DNA of 64,000 nucleotides from Octopus sinensis (taxonomy: Eukaryota). Made by a program: the position numbers and the translations under genes. The stretch covers positions 171,430,001-171,494,000 of the forward strand of contig NC_042999.1 of NCBI RefSeq assembly GCF_006345805.1, given 5' to 3'. The notes below the pieces were generated by a model that worked only from the letters and a program-made list of their open reading frames with translations, searched no databases and was not told the origin of the DNA. How positions within the stretch are numbered: the first letter of the stretch is position 1; every line of letters starts with the position of its first letter. This document shows positions 1 to 12,671 of the stretch, in pieces.

Positions 1-2700
1 ATTGCATAGAGATCCAACAAATAAATATCCTCTAAAATATATTGAATCATGTCCCATATTTAGAACGTAACCTAGCTATTCCAAATTTATTTGATACTAG
101 ATATCAAATGTGAGTATGTCAGGGAAGCTTAATGCATTTCATTCATTTCGAAACGAATACGTTCATCGCAGAAATTTCTACAAGCTACTTGTTTGTCATT
201 AAGACAGATCCTACTTTTTTTCTGTTTATAGAGAGTCGTAATGTGATTTGCACTACTAATGCTAAATCGTCTTGCTCCGAACTTTCTTGAAATAACTGAA
301 GAATATGTGCAGTTTTCTAAAGCAACAAAGATTTACTCAAGTTATACAAAACTTTCCTCTCCCAAATAATTCTCTGGCTTCACACCATTCTCTAGAAAGC
401 TGTATCCCGCATATCAACCACTGACATTGGTACGAACTCCCATCCCATCTGGAAATGATTTAATTACCGATACAAAGAACTTGAATAATCAGGGTTCCGT
501 GTATTTTCCTCAGGCAAACCCTTTTCACTGCATGAAAAGCCTTAGTTGAATCAATCAAAACCCGGACGAGATACATATACTGCGCATAAGTCTTCTCCTG
601 CATCTGTTTGCTGTGAAGATCTTATCCATTGTTCCTCTACATGAAAGAAGCGACATTGATATCCAAAGAGGGGTGTAATTTACAAGGCTTATATTCAGTC
701 AAGTAAAAACGATACCAGCCAGCAGCTGACAGTAGAGTAATACCTCTACGGTTGTCACTTATTCTGACGCCATTTCCATTATAAGTATGAAAGATACTTG
801 CATCCTTCCGGTCCTCGGGACCTACACCATCACTGAATTCTACAATAACAAGCTTGTAAAACTTCTATGGCCACCGTCAAAGCACATGACGTCAGCGCAA
901 ATTCGGTCTTTAGCATTTACTTTACCAAGATTCAACTTGCTTACTCGTCCATTGAGGATGCAGTGTCCAAAGATTTGATGACAAGTCTTTGTTGAATAGC
1001 ATGAATTACATAATCATCTACAACTGACTCACGGTTTAGAAATTCACAAAAAATGTTCAATCCAGCGACCTACGATTTCTGTAGATATATTGAGTAGGGT
1101 GATGCCATTTTAGAAAGCAAACGACCCGATTCAAAATTCATAGGCCCATAAACTTGCTTCTAAAAATTGTAAAGTTGCTTGCTGTCAATTTCATCATTAG
1201 CAACTTGAATATCACGTACAAGACATGCCCAGCAGGTTTTTCTGCATCTTCTTGAGTGAGATTTTATATTTTTATAAAATCTAACTCCTAGATTCTGCTG
1301 CACTTTAATCAGACCTCGGGTGAATCCACACTGTTGTATGATAATATTTGTTCATAATATATGTGATTGTAATTTAAAACCATTTTCATCGTAAAGCTCT
1401 AGGGGCATAAGATAATGACTGTTCATCTTCTCTACAATGAAACGCCCGAGATACTTCCATGGTTGTAAATCTGTTACAGCTCTGGCAATGAAATTCCCCA
1501 GTAAATTTACTTCTTCTGATTTGGAGATTTTCGTGAGTGCAGCTCACATCTGGGCATAGAATATTATTCCAGTTTCATTGGAAGTGGTCAGAGTATGGGT
1601 ATAGGCATTTATCGGAGTAGCATTTCTCAAGTGCAGACGCAGACTCATCAAAGTTCATCTACAGGTACAGGAATCCCCTCCAACAGCTTGAAGATATCGG
1701 ATGAAAACCAACGTCAGCTCTATGTGCTCTTCCTTTGATTTTCCACTGCAGAGAAAGGTAACCACATCCGACAATCTGAAGCAGATCATCACCTTCCAAA
1801 CGAATCTCTGAGATCAGCTATATCTATGTTATATTTTTTTAGTTCCCGAGCAACAATTTTCACGCATATATTCACTCTTATCTAATTGAGTACGCAGATT
1901 CCATCACAAAATATTAATCGTGCATCCAGATTTTATAAACACTTTTCTTCTATTCCGGGAGCAAATTGCGTATCTGTGGGTCACGCTAAACTGACCAAAT
2001 AGAAAAATGCTGGTAATTTATAGGTCAACTTTTCTAGAGCCTCCCCGATCTCCGGTCGAGCAGTGTTCTCCATAAATGCAGATGCTCAAGCATCCACGCA
2101 TCAACCAAATCCCATAGCTGCCTTGGAAATGGGCCACCTATGTGTAGATCGCTGGCTTGATGTTCCGAACACGTCTTGCCTGCATGCTTTGCCACCTTCC
2201 CATCACTGCAGGATTTTCGAGTATATAATTTTTTTTTTAAATAAAAAATGGCTGTATATTTATTATGCAGCAATACTTATGCAATATATTCAGCAATGCT
2301 TGAGCGAAATTTTAGGTCCAATAAGGTTTGTACCAAACCACAGGGAAACTCTCCACAATAAATATATGAATCAGAGAAGAACCGGTGCAATATATGTAGT
2401 GCGATTATGGGTCGCAGACTTAAGAATGTGGGAGTGCAATGATCTCAAGCGCAAGAAAAAAAAGAACAGATCCGGAAAATGTCCAACGCTATTCTCTGTA
2501 TATCAGAGAATCCTTCTCCTATAGAGATGCTCTAACAAAAGTTGAGTGATGCCTCAACCAGTAGTCTTTAGCATGTCAAACGCCAACCAACATAAAATTT
2601 CTGGGTGCTCGTGCTATTGCTAATTATTACCGACATATTGAAATATGAAGCGGTAATTAATATGCTTAAGAATAGTATATAGCATAGGTTTCCATACTAC
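1..2700 (-). mobile_element. Old, heavily decayed RTE-clade LINE (endonuclease + RT remnants), cut by the window start
   Basis: Minus-strand translation gives interrupted RTE motifs: DNRRGITLLSAAG (~720-760), GKVNAKDRICADVMCFDGG and EDRKDASI (~790-930, matching GKAPGSDAIPAEVFKSGG and QDFRDATI), a degenerate ADD-ALV RT motif (~250-290) and PRQLWDLVD (~2100-2130, matching PRSKHWHLID). Many stops and frameshifts. Confidence 0.75.
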
Positions 2701-2748
2701 ATATAGGTATTTTCCTGGCTGCAAATTATTATTTTATTATTAATTTTC

Positions 2749-3032
2749 CTTCTCAAGCCATGCCTGGTTCATAGGGCTGATTTCCCAGTTTCCTTGGCGT
2801 ATAGGTTCCCCACCTGGACGGGATGCCGGTCCGTCGCAGGTGTGCTGCGAGATGCAGGAGGAAAGAGTGAGAGAAAGTTGTGGCGAAAGAGTCAGCAGAA
2901 GTTCGCCATTACCTTCTGACGGAGTCGCGTGGAGCTTAGGGGCTTCGCTCATAAACACACACATTACCCGGTCAGGGATTCGAACCCGAGATCCCTCGAC
3001 CGCGAGTTCGCTGCCCCAACCACTGGGCTATG
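2749..3032 (-). mobile_element. tRNA-derived SINE, family 2
   Basis: The reverse complement starts with an A box (TAGCCCAGTGG) and a B box (GGTTCGAATCC). The body is shared with the copy at 46351-46560. Confidence 0.8.
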
Positions 3033-3099
3033 TACTTCCACAGCTGCAAATTAGATGGTTCGAAAACATTTGTCGTAGAATATCGAAATCCTAAAACGT

Positions 3100-3400
3100 A
3101 TAATTTTCAATAAGGATTGCTGCATACCGAAAATTAAATATGCAAGGTTTCCATAAAATGAAATATAATCTTAATAACTTTGTTTAGCATAGCAACATCA
3201 TCAGAATACCTCCAAGTCATGAAAGATGTGCATGACTACATTGCATAATATTCCATTCCAAAGAAATCTTTAAAGATGAATAGCCCTTGAAATTCGTAGA
3301 AAACTACAGTACGAATTTTGTTGTTGATATGAATTCTTAAGTGTTTTGTAAAATAAGAATGATTACAACGACAACGCAATGCGTAGGGATTCATTCACGG
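3100..3400 (-). mobile_element. Short LINE RT remnant
   Basis: Minus strand reads ..DL(E)..YSDDVAML, resembling the RT YADD motif, with a QG motif upstream. Confidence 0.4.
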
Positions 3401-3619
3401 ATTAGAAGATTCACACGCAACCACTGAAATGTGCACTCCCTCCAGGATACCCACAACCACAATGAACAGCTTCGCTTTTATTTTTGAATGAAATGAAATT
3501 TAACATGCAAGTTTGTCTAGTACATAGATTACAAGACCGAATATCTATCTGGGATTCATTATATAATGCTCTTATTTCCTTTTCGTCTACACATCATCAT
3601 CGTCGTTGTCCTTGTCGGT

Positions 3620-3858
3620 ATCATCTCCCTAGCTTTTACTTCATTTAGAACTGCTTTGTCTATGTATAATACATCATGTGTTCCTCTAGCCTTCTTCCTG
3701 CAACCTTTGTTTTTCGGGTAGTAAATTCTGGTTGTCAAGGTGGTCGTAAATACTTCCTGAAAGCATTCCTGTTAACATCTTCCACATTCATGTTAAGCAA
3801 GTGTTTGGTTGATAGTAGCTAGTTGTATTATCTATATTTTTCAATGAATAATCATGTA
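3620..3858 (-). mobile_element. R4/Dong-like (RLE) LINE RT fragment
   Basis: Minus strand reads WKMLTGMLSGSIYDHLDNQNLLPEKQ..GCRKKARGTHDVLYIDKAVLNEVK, typical of R4-clade RT domains 1-2. Confidence 0.65.
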
Positions 3859-3861
3859 GAC

Positions 3862-4225
3862 TACTCTTTTACTCTTTTACTTGTTTCAGTCATTTGACTG
3901 CGGCCATGCTGGAGCACCGCCTTTAGTCGAGCAAATCGACCCCGGGACCTATTCTTTGTAAGCCCAGTAATTATTCTGCATCGGTTGTCAAGCAATGCTA
4001 GGGAGACAAACACAGACACACAAACATACACACACATATATATATATATATACATATGTACGACAGGCTTCTTTCAGTTTCCGTCTACCAAATCCACTCA
4101 CAAGGCATAGGTCGGCCCGAGGCTATAGCAGAAGACACTTGCCCAAGATGCCACGCAGTGGGACTGAACCCGGAACCATGTGGTTGGTTAGCAAGCTACT
4201 TACCACACAGCCACTCCTGCGCCTA
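3862..4225 (-). mobile_element. tRNA-derived SINE, family 1 (octopus-type, CORE-like segment)
   Basis: The reverse complement has an A box (TGGCTGTGTGG), a B box (GGTTCAGTCCC), a CORE-like TTGGGCAAGTG segment, an internal (CA/TA)n tract and an AGAGTA-repeat tail. At least four near-complete copies lie in this window. Confidence 0.85.
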
Positions 4226-4481
4226 TTACATAAGTATTTCTTAGATACATTATATACTTATCTTTCCGAAGATATATTATGAAATCAATTGTTATCTTGA
4301 CCACCAACTAACGCTCCTTTATTACATCCTTCACAGTTTCTTCACAACTTTCACCGACCCTTTTATTTTTTCTATTTTCATTTTCTCTATTTCTTCATCT
4401 AATTATCTCTTTCTGTTTTAAATTTGACCTATCTATTCTTTCTAATTATACACATCTCTCTTCTCTCCAGAAAGTCAGAAA

Positions 4482-4519
<38 letters not shown>

Positions 4520-4559
4520 TACATTTATTTATTCGTCTTTTTCTAGGCTGTAAATTTAC

Positions 4560-6060
4560 ATTTTTCCATCTTAATATGGAGAAATTAATGGTTGCCTTCT
4601 TTCCTTCGCTTGTTGAGTATTTCTTATGATCTTCGTTATGATCTTCGACATTTTGGCCGTTACGTAAATCATTTGTATTTTCCTTAGTTCTATTATTATA
4701 GAAATCATTAAATTTTTTATTATTTGTTGCAGATATAATTTGTGCAATATTTTTTAAAACACAGAACCTCGCCCTTAATCTGTGTGACCATATTATTTTG
4801 GGATATTTGTTTTACTTTGAATAGTGTTTGGCTACTGCTTTGTTAAAATAATTATACTATATTGGTTTTAATTTGTTTTGCAAATGGCATTATGAACCGT
4901 ACTCTATTATCTTCATTATAATTCCTTTTAGAGTAATTTTTCTGGAGGTTAATTACTTTTATACATTGGGTGTAACGTTTTACAGAATTGCTATGCATAT
5001 TACTGTGAAGGCTCTCAATTACCACCGTTTTATTTGTTATCCTATTTAGGTTTTTATTTAAATAATCACAATTTTCGTTATTATAGTGTTTTGTTTTTGG
5101 ACTTCTTTCTAATATATTATCTTTACATTTTATTAGTTCCTCATTGTTTTATCATTGCTATTTGGTTTTTGGTATATTTATGCCTTCTATTTGTTTCTTA
5201 GTGTTTAATCATATATTATTCTCATCTATTTTGCATCGAATTCCATTTGTAATTATTTTTTCATTATGTTTATTTTCCTCTATTTTAATTCTATTATTAT
5301 GAATATCGTTTTGTGCATAGTTCACATTATTAGAATTTACGTTTGTTTCATACTATTTAAATTTTTACTTGTATCTCCTTTCATGCGTATAGTTCCTATT
5401 ATTAGTTATCATTTGGCCCATAGAATTTTAATTTTTGATTATATCCTACTTTATTTAGTGTTATTTTATAATAGATCTCATTCTGTTAAAAAATTACCTC
5501 ATTCATCGAGAGATTCAAAATCCTTTTTGAGATATTTCAAACTAGTCTATGTGCAATTGTTACTGTTTATGTTTACGTAACTTAGGCTGGCATTCGGCTT
5601 ATCGTAGGGTTAATATGTCCGTTTCTAGAATGTCGTTAATGTCCAAGAAGTGATGTAGTTGTGTTCATTTTCGATAGTTATGAAAAGTCCTATGTTCTTG
5701 AAGAATTTATAAAATCTTTCTTATATATTTCCAATCTCCATGGCATACATAATTCCACTTTCTCTTTTCATTATGTTGGATGTTACGTGACCAGGGGTAA
5801 TATACATAATAAGTTCATTCTAAATATTACTAATTGATGCGTTATTGTATAAAAATGATTCATGTTCGTAAGTTGTTAGCTTATTCTTACTTGGGTATGA
5901 CTGCAACACAACGCGGGTATAAAGGTGAAGTATATCAACATTGGGTCGGAAATATCTGGTAAGTTATGCTGTATTAAAGATTACTGTCGTATGTATGTCT
6001 TTATCTTTTATTCTTCACTTGTTTTGATCATCAGACTGCTCCCAAGATGGGTCGTCACTT
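4560..6060 (-). mobile_element. Possible very decayed non-LTR retroelement remnant
   Basis: Only weak RT-like words on the minus strand (YFRP near 5950-5970, FLDI near 5650). No continuous frame. Confidence 0.3.
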
Positions 6061-6142
6061 TGAAGAAGTGTTTTAGCCGAATGGATCAGCCCTAGTTCTT
6101 ATATATATATATGGGTGTATGTGTTTGCATATGTGTGCTTGC

Positions 6143-6211
<69 letters not shown>

Positions 6212-6599
6212 ATATATACGTGTGTTTGTATATATACATACATAATAATACGTGTGTGTGTATATATATATATATATATTTTCATTTTGCGGGCTGAAAA
6301 AAGACCTTTCTTGCTAAATAAATCATACCATGTACACATTTCTTCTTTATCGTCTCTAATTGCTCTCGCTTTAAGTCACTGCTTATACCTAGAAACTCTA
6401 TGAATGGGACCTCCTTAGCTAATATACAAAAGTAAAAGCTCAAATAAATAAACAAACACATACATGTCTTCATACTTACATAAATACACATATATAGATA
6501 CATATAGGAATGTGTATATACGTATATACATACATACATACTATGTATATGTATATTACTATTATACTACATACATACATATATATGCTTTTATTTTTT

Positions 6600-6810
6600 T
6601 CTTATTTTACATGTTTCAGTCATTTGACTGCCACCATGTTGGAGTACTGCCTTTAGTCGAACAAATCGACCCCAGTACTTATTCTTTGTAAGCCTAGTTC
6701 TTATTCTGTCAATATCTTTATTTGAACCGCTAGCTTACGGGGATGTAAACACACCAACATCGGATTGTAGGCGATGATGTGGGGACAAACACAAACACAC
6801 ACAATATATA

Positions 6811-6864
<54 letters not shown>

Positions 6865-7000
6865 CGACGGGCTTCTTTCAGTTTCGGTCTACCAAATCCA
6901 CTCAAATGGCTTTGGTTGGCCTGAAGTTATAGTAGAAGACAGATGCCCAAATTATCACGCTGTGAGACTGAACAGGCAAGCCTTTTACCACACAGCCACA
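6600..7000 (-). mobile_element. SINE family 1, diverged copy
   Basis: Aligns with 3862-4225 (gtttcagtcatttgactg ... accaaatccactca ... taccacacagcca). Confidence 0.8.
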
Positions 7001-7022
7001 CAATTCCGAAATATAACAATAT

Positions 7023-7066
<44 letters not shown>

Positions 7067-7373
7067 GGAGTAAGCACATAAATATGAAACAAGGTGGAAA
7101 AAAGAGTACTCAAATACCAGAGGTTGAGTAATATGCTTTATTTTAAATCACCAGAAATATTACAAAAGCTGTTACTCAAAGTCTCACTTTCTCGCTCGTC
7201 AGACATATTTTGTTATACTCCTGAGTAACAGCTTTTGTTATATTTCTGCTGCTTTTAAATAAAGTATGTGTATGTGTGTGTGTGTGTGCGCGCGTGTGTG
7301 TGCGTATGTGTATGAATAATTGACTATCTGTGTGTGGATGTATGTGTGTTAATTGATACACATATATGTATTT

Positions 7374-10300
7374 TTGTCAGGTCTCCGCTTGGAGCTACTG
7401 GTAACATGTAACCCAGTACAACCTGTTACATGGTCGGGTCGTTGGCGACTAAACTGGCAACCCCACCAAGATTTCTTGGTGAGGAGGGTGATTTGGACAC
7501 CCAGCAGGACTAAAAACAAAACTTGTCAAAGGGCAGAGGAACTCTCTCATGAGTCAATGGCCATCCAAAATCCGGAGTGGAGCCCCTAAGGCGGTTGGAT
7601 TGCGCCATGCGTGCCACCTTCCGGCAGCTCCTGCATCTTGGTCTACCCCCAGTCGTTTTGACTTTGTCTTGCCACTGGATCCGGCGCACCAGGACGAGAG
7701 AGTGAGGCTGATCCTGCGCAAGTCACCCTCACTATAATCCAATTCACGCGCATGTCACGACATCATGACGTCATGACACCATCCCAAAGTCCTGTGGCGA
7801 TGGGGAAACGGCGAAGTAGCAGGTGAGGATACACTGGGAGCTGCAGTCGTGAACCCACACACAGGCGGCTCAGGACATGTGGTCGCCCCTCACTGAACTG
7901 AGGCAGCAGTGAAGTCCGGCAGCCTCCTGAGTGACCGAACAGCCCTCTTCAGGATCGCTCTGCTCGCCTCCCCAGCATGAGGACGGGGCTAGAAAAGGTT
8001 GCCCTAAACATAGCCTGCCTCACCTCACCCGGGTCAGCAAACCGCGGCTGGCGGGGATCCTTTCCAAGCGGTCGAAACAAAGAAAGAAGAAAACAAACAA
8101 AGGTGCTCACTTTTGCAACTTGGAACGTGAGAACTCTGCTTGACAACACCAAAGCGGACAGACCAGAGAGACGAACTGCCCTGGTGGCCAGAGAACTGAG
8201 CCGATACAACGTCGATATTGCAGCACTGAGCGAGACCCGCCTTGCAGACAAAGGCCAGCTGACAGAGACAGGCGGCGGCTACACTTTCTTTTGGAGTGGT
8301 CGCAGCAGGGAAGAGCGTCGTGAGGCTGGTGTTGGTTTTGCCATTAAGTCAGTACACGTGCGGAAACTGGAAAGGCCCCCCGAGGGTATCAACGATCGGC
8401 TGATGAAGATGCAGCTCCCACTTGGAAACAAGACTAGTGCGACCATCATCAGTGCTTACGCCCCCACCATGACCAACCCTGAAGAAGTTAAGGACAGGTT
8501 CTATGAGGAACTCAACTCCCTCATCACGTCAGCCCAGCCTGGGAAGCTCATCCTCCTTGGGGATTTTAACGCCCGTGTCGTGACTGACCACCAAGCCTGG
8601 CATCGCGTACTGGGAAAGCAAGGAATCGGAAAGTGCAACAGCAACGGACAGCTCCTCCTGCGTGCGTGTGCCTCTCATGATCTTACCATCGCCAACACCT
8701 TGTTCCGTCTGCCAACAAGCAACAAGACATCATGGATGCATCCACGCTCCAAACACTGGCATCTGATAGATTACGTCATCGTCAGGGCGAAAGACAGGCG
8801 GGACGTGAGACTGGTCAAAGCCATGTGCGGAGCTGACTGCTGGACGGACCATCGCCTCATCATCTCCAGGATGGATTTCTACATCCGACCTAAAAGAAGA
8901 CCACAGGGTCAGAAAGTGACGAGGAAGCTTAACATCACGAAATTAAAGAACCAGCTGACTGCACAAGATCTCCAGTCACGTATGGACAGCAAGCTGTTGG
9001 ACATTCGGAGTACACTGAGCAGTGGGAATCATTCAGGGACACGGTTCATTCCATCGCCCTTGAAACTCTGGGCCAAGTTACGAGGAACCACCAAGACTGG
9101 TTCGACGAAAACGACCAGGAAATCCAAAAGCTCCTGGAAGAGAAACGTCGTCTGCTGCGGGCTCACCAAAATGACACCACCTGCACGGCAAAGAAGGCCG
9201 CTTTCAACAACATTCGCAGCACAGTCCAGGCTAAACTCCGCCTCATGCAAGACGCATGGTTAAGCGCCAAGGCGGATGAGATTCAGGGATACGCAGACAA
9301 ACACGACACCAAGAAATTCTACGAGGCGCTAAAAGCTGTCTATGGACCGCAGTTCTCCTTTGGATCAACCCCCCTGCTCAGCTCGGATGGAACCTCACTC
9401 CTGACTAACAAGAGGCTGATCCTGGAGAGATGGGCGGAGCATTTCAACATCGTGCTCAACCGACCAGCCCAGATCAACGAGGAAGCCATCGCACGACTCC
9501 CCCAGGTGCCGACAAACCACGAGTTGGCTGTTCCCCCTGCAGTCGAGGAAGTGAGTAGAGCCATCAAAAAAATGTCCACCGGCAAAGCTCCAGGCTCTGA
9601 CGCCATCCCTGCAGAGGTGTTCAAGTCGGGCGGCCCCACCATGATCAGTCAGCTCACCAGCCTGTTCCAGTCGATGTGGGACAGGGAACAACTCCCTCAA
9701 GATTTCCGGGACGCAACAATCGTCCACAATTATAAGCGGAAAGGAGATCGGCAGTCCTGCGATAACCACCGAGGTATCTCCCTCTTGTCCATAGCATGCA
9801 AGATCCTGGCCCGGGTCCTGCTTGACCGCCTTCTGGAACACTTGGAGCAAGGCCTTCTCCCTGAGAGCCAGTGTGGCTTCCGCGCGGGTCGAGGGACCAC
9901 TGACATGATATTCGCCGCCCGCCAGCTCCAGGAGAAATGCATGGAGCAGCACCTTGACCTCTGCATGACCTTTGTTGACCTCACCAAGGCCTTTGATACA
10001 GTCAGTCGGGAGGGACTATGGAAGGTCATGGGAAAATTTGGTTGCCCCAGCAAATTTATTGCAATTGTCCGCCAGTTCCACGACGGAATGACAGCCAGAG
10101 TCCTTGAAGACGGCAACTCATCTGAAGCCTTCCAGGTGACCAACGGAGTCAGGCAGGGCTGTGTCCTGGCCCCAACACTGTTCAGCATCATGTTCTCGGC
10201 AATGCTGTCCGACGCCTTTAGGGACTGCAAGTCCGGTATCGACATCAAGTACAGGACAGACGGGAAACTTTTCAACTCCAGAAGATTGCAGGCTGTCACA

Positions 10301-11332
10301 AAGGTGAGGGAGACAGTCGTCAGAGACTTTCTCTTTGCTGACGACTGCGCCCTTAATGCAATCGATGAGCAGGAGATGCAGCTCGAGATGGACAGGTTCT
10401 CATCAGCCTGTGACAACTTCGGTCTCACCATCAGTGCCAAGAAAACCGAAGTGATGTTTCAGCCAGCCCCCGGCAAACAATACCATGAGCCTCAGATAAG
10501 GGTGAACGGATGGATCCTACGAGTGGTGGAAAACTTCACCTACCTGGGCAGCACTCTCTCCTGCAATGCCAACATAGATGCTGAAACCATCAACAGAATC
10601 TCCAAGGCAAGCAGCGCGTTTGGGAGACTGCGAAAGAAAGTCTGGGAGCAGAGAGGAATCAGCCTCAACACCAAGCTGAAAGTCTACCGGGCAGTCGTGC
10701 TTACCACCCTACTATACGGCTGCGAGACGTGGACTGCTTACCGAAGGCACGAGCGCCAGATAAACCACTTCCATCTCAGGTGTCTTCGGAGCCTCCTTCA
10801 CATCCGCTGGCAGGACAAAGTCCCAGACACGGAAGTTCTGAAGCAGGCAGATCTCCCTAGCACCATCACAATCATGCGCAAGGCCCAGCTGAGATGGGCG
10901 GGCCACGTCTCCCGCATGTCCGGCACTCGCATCCCAAAACAGCTTTTCTAAGGTGAACTCGGCCAGGGCAGGCGCAGAGTCGGAGGGCAGAAGAAGCGCT
11001 ACAAGGATAGTCTCAAGGTCTCTCTCAAAGACTTCTCCATCGGAACAGAGACCTGGGAGACACTTGCTGCCAACCGCTCATCCTGGCGCAGTGCAATCAC
11101 CGTGGGAGCAGGGACAGCCGAGGAGGGACGGATTCGGTCAGCGGAGCAGAAACGTCAGATGCGTAAAGCCAGAGCCGCCTGCACCAGTAGCACGGCCCCT
11201 ACCCACTTCTGCCCCACCTGTGGGAGGGGCTTCCTTGCCCGGATTGGCCTCACCAGCCACCTCAGGTCTCATGGCGGCAGTTCCATCAGACGATGTCAGT
11301 TGGTCATCTTCGAACCGAAGGACGAACATTAA
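7374..11332 (+). mobile_element. Near-full-length young RTE-clade LINE (~4 kb)
   Basis: GC-rich block in AT-rich DNA, with a ~600-nt 5' UTR and one APE-RT reading frame. Candidate 8-bp TSD ATGTATTT at 7366-7373 and 11336-11343. Confidence 0.95.
7977..11332 (+). pseudogene. RTE pol: APE endonuclease, reverse transcriptase and C-terminal C2H2 zinc finger, with one frameshift and one nonsense codon
   Basis: APE motifs TWNVRTL, LSETR, GVGFAI, SAYAPT, LGDFNARV, IDYV, TDHRL. RT motifs NHRGISLL, QCGFR, FVDLTKAFD, GVRQGCVLAP, FADD, YLGS. Frameshift near 9010-9020 (the alternative frame gives EQWESFRD..HQDWFDEND). TAA at 10949-10951 where QLFYGEL is expected; the same frame continues to CPTCGRGFLARIGLTSHLRSH and stops at 11332. 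Confidence 0.95.
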
Positions 11333-11734
11333 TTAATGTATTTATATGCGTATATATGTTCTGCTTTCATTTGTCCCTTCAATACAAACTCTTAGCCGAT
11401 GACATAAACTTGTTTCCCCCTGAGTGACGTTGTTGTCACCGTTTCGCACAAGACAACAAACCAGCACAGCAGTATACACGTGCATACTCATATACCATAC
11501 CCGTATGTGAACACTGCAAAGCTCTCCCCTTATTATAAACACACACATATGAATAACAGAGGCATGTCTACACGCACATCCCAGATGAAAACATACACGC
11601 ACCCTTTTATGCAGTTGCGAAGATGCACAAGCAAGCAAACATACACGAATATTGAGGCACGCATATACACGGGTACCAGAGGTATTCATAGTGCACACAT
11701 CCATATCTGCATGCCATACACGCACACAAGCATT

Positions 11735-11830
11735 ATTATTGGACGCTCAGGAAAGAAGGGAAGAAGGAGGGTTTAACGTTTCGAGCGGAGCTCTTCGTCG
11801 GAAACATAGGAGAAGGAAAGATCCCGAGAA
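11735..11830 (-). mobile_element. Penelope-like terminal fragment carrying a minimal hammerhead-like motif
   Basis: Reverse complement GTTT-CCGACGA-A-GAGC-TCC-GCTC-GAAAC-GTT-AAAC (11771-11805). Confidence 0.55.
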
Positions 11831-11851
11831 GGGAAAACAGATATATATATA

Positions 11852-11916
<65 letters not shown>

Positions 11917-12607
11917 CTTAAAGTAAATTGATACAAAACAAGTAAACGTTTCTAGCACCACTATTTATGATAATATATCTAGGTTTTTATATATAGTGTA
12001 ATAAACATATACTCTGTATTTCTTATTAATGGAAAAAATCACTTGTCTGTAGCAGGAGAATAGTCACTACATTCCTGTTTTTTTGCCTTCATCACCAGCG
12101 GTAATAATGAAAATAATAGGTCAAATATTGCCCATCGCTGTCAGAATGCTTAAATTTTGTCCCTTCGTTATTTAACGAGACAAACTGAAATATCTTTTGA
12201 CACGATTATTTCTATATATGTAAAATTATACATGAAAGAGAGGAACTCTCAGAAGCTGCATTAAATATTATAGATGTACACAGATATCTGGAATATGCAA
12301 CAAGGATATTATCTCAGTGTAGTAAATTAGGAAAAAAGAGCTCAAAGCGATAGGACATATTTGTATTTCGGAATATTATGCATAGCAATATGCAAAAAGT
12401 AAGATCTTTGTCTGACGGAAGAAAGAAATAAAGTTATAATGCATTGAAAGAAATATGCATATTCTATGTATTCATTGGATATGAATTTTCGTGACCAAAT
12501 GAATATGTATGTTTGTAAAAATATTTATACGTATATATCTGTATCTTTCTAACAACTTCTAGCCCTCTTTCCTTCTCTCTCTCTCTCTTTCTCTCTCTCT
12601 ATCTCTC

Positions 12608-12671
<64 letters not shown>

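Noticed and set aside
2980-3032. tRNA genes at the SINE heads (also ~4140-4225, 46120-46200)
   Set aside because: A and B boxes are present, but there is no complete cloverleaf and each continues into a repeated SINE body.
6073-7131. Many ORFs rich in YI, CV, HT or polyI, here and throughout the window
   Set aside because: They are translations of (TA)n, (TG)n, (CA)n and (TTA)n microsatellites.
7775-7835. Second possible HDV-like motif (..GGGGAAACGGCGAAG..) in the RTE 5' UTR
   Set aside because: There is too little sequence between the CCATC/GATGG strands to fit P2, P3 and L3, and no matching P2 was found.
9029-11336. Antisense and alternate-frame ORFs overlapping the RTE pol
   Set aside because: Expected shadow frames of a GC-rich coding sequence; no recognisable motifs.
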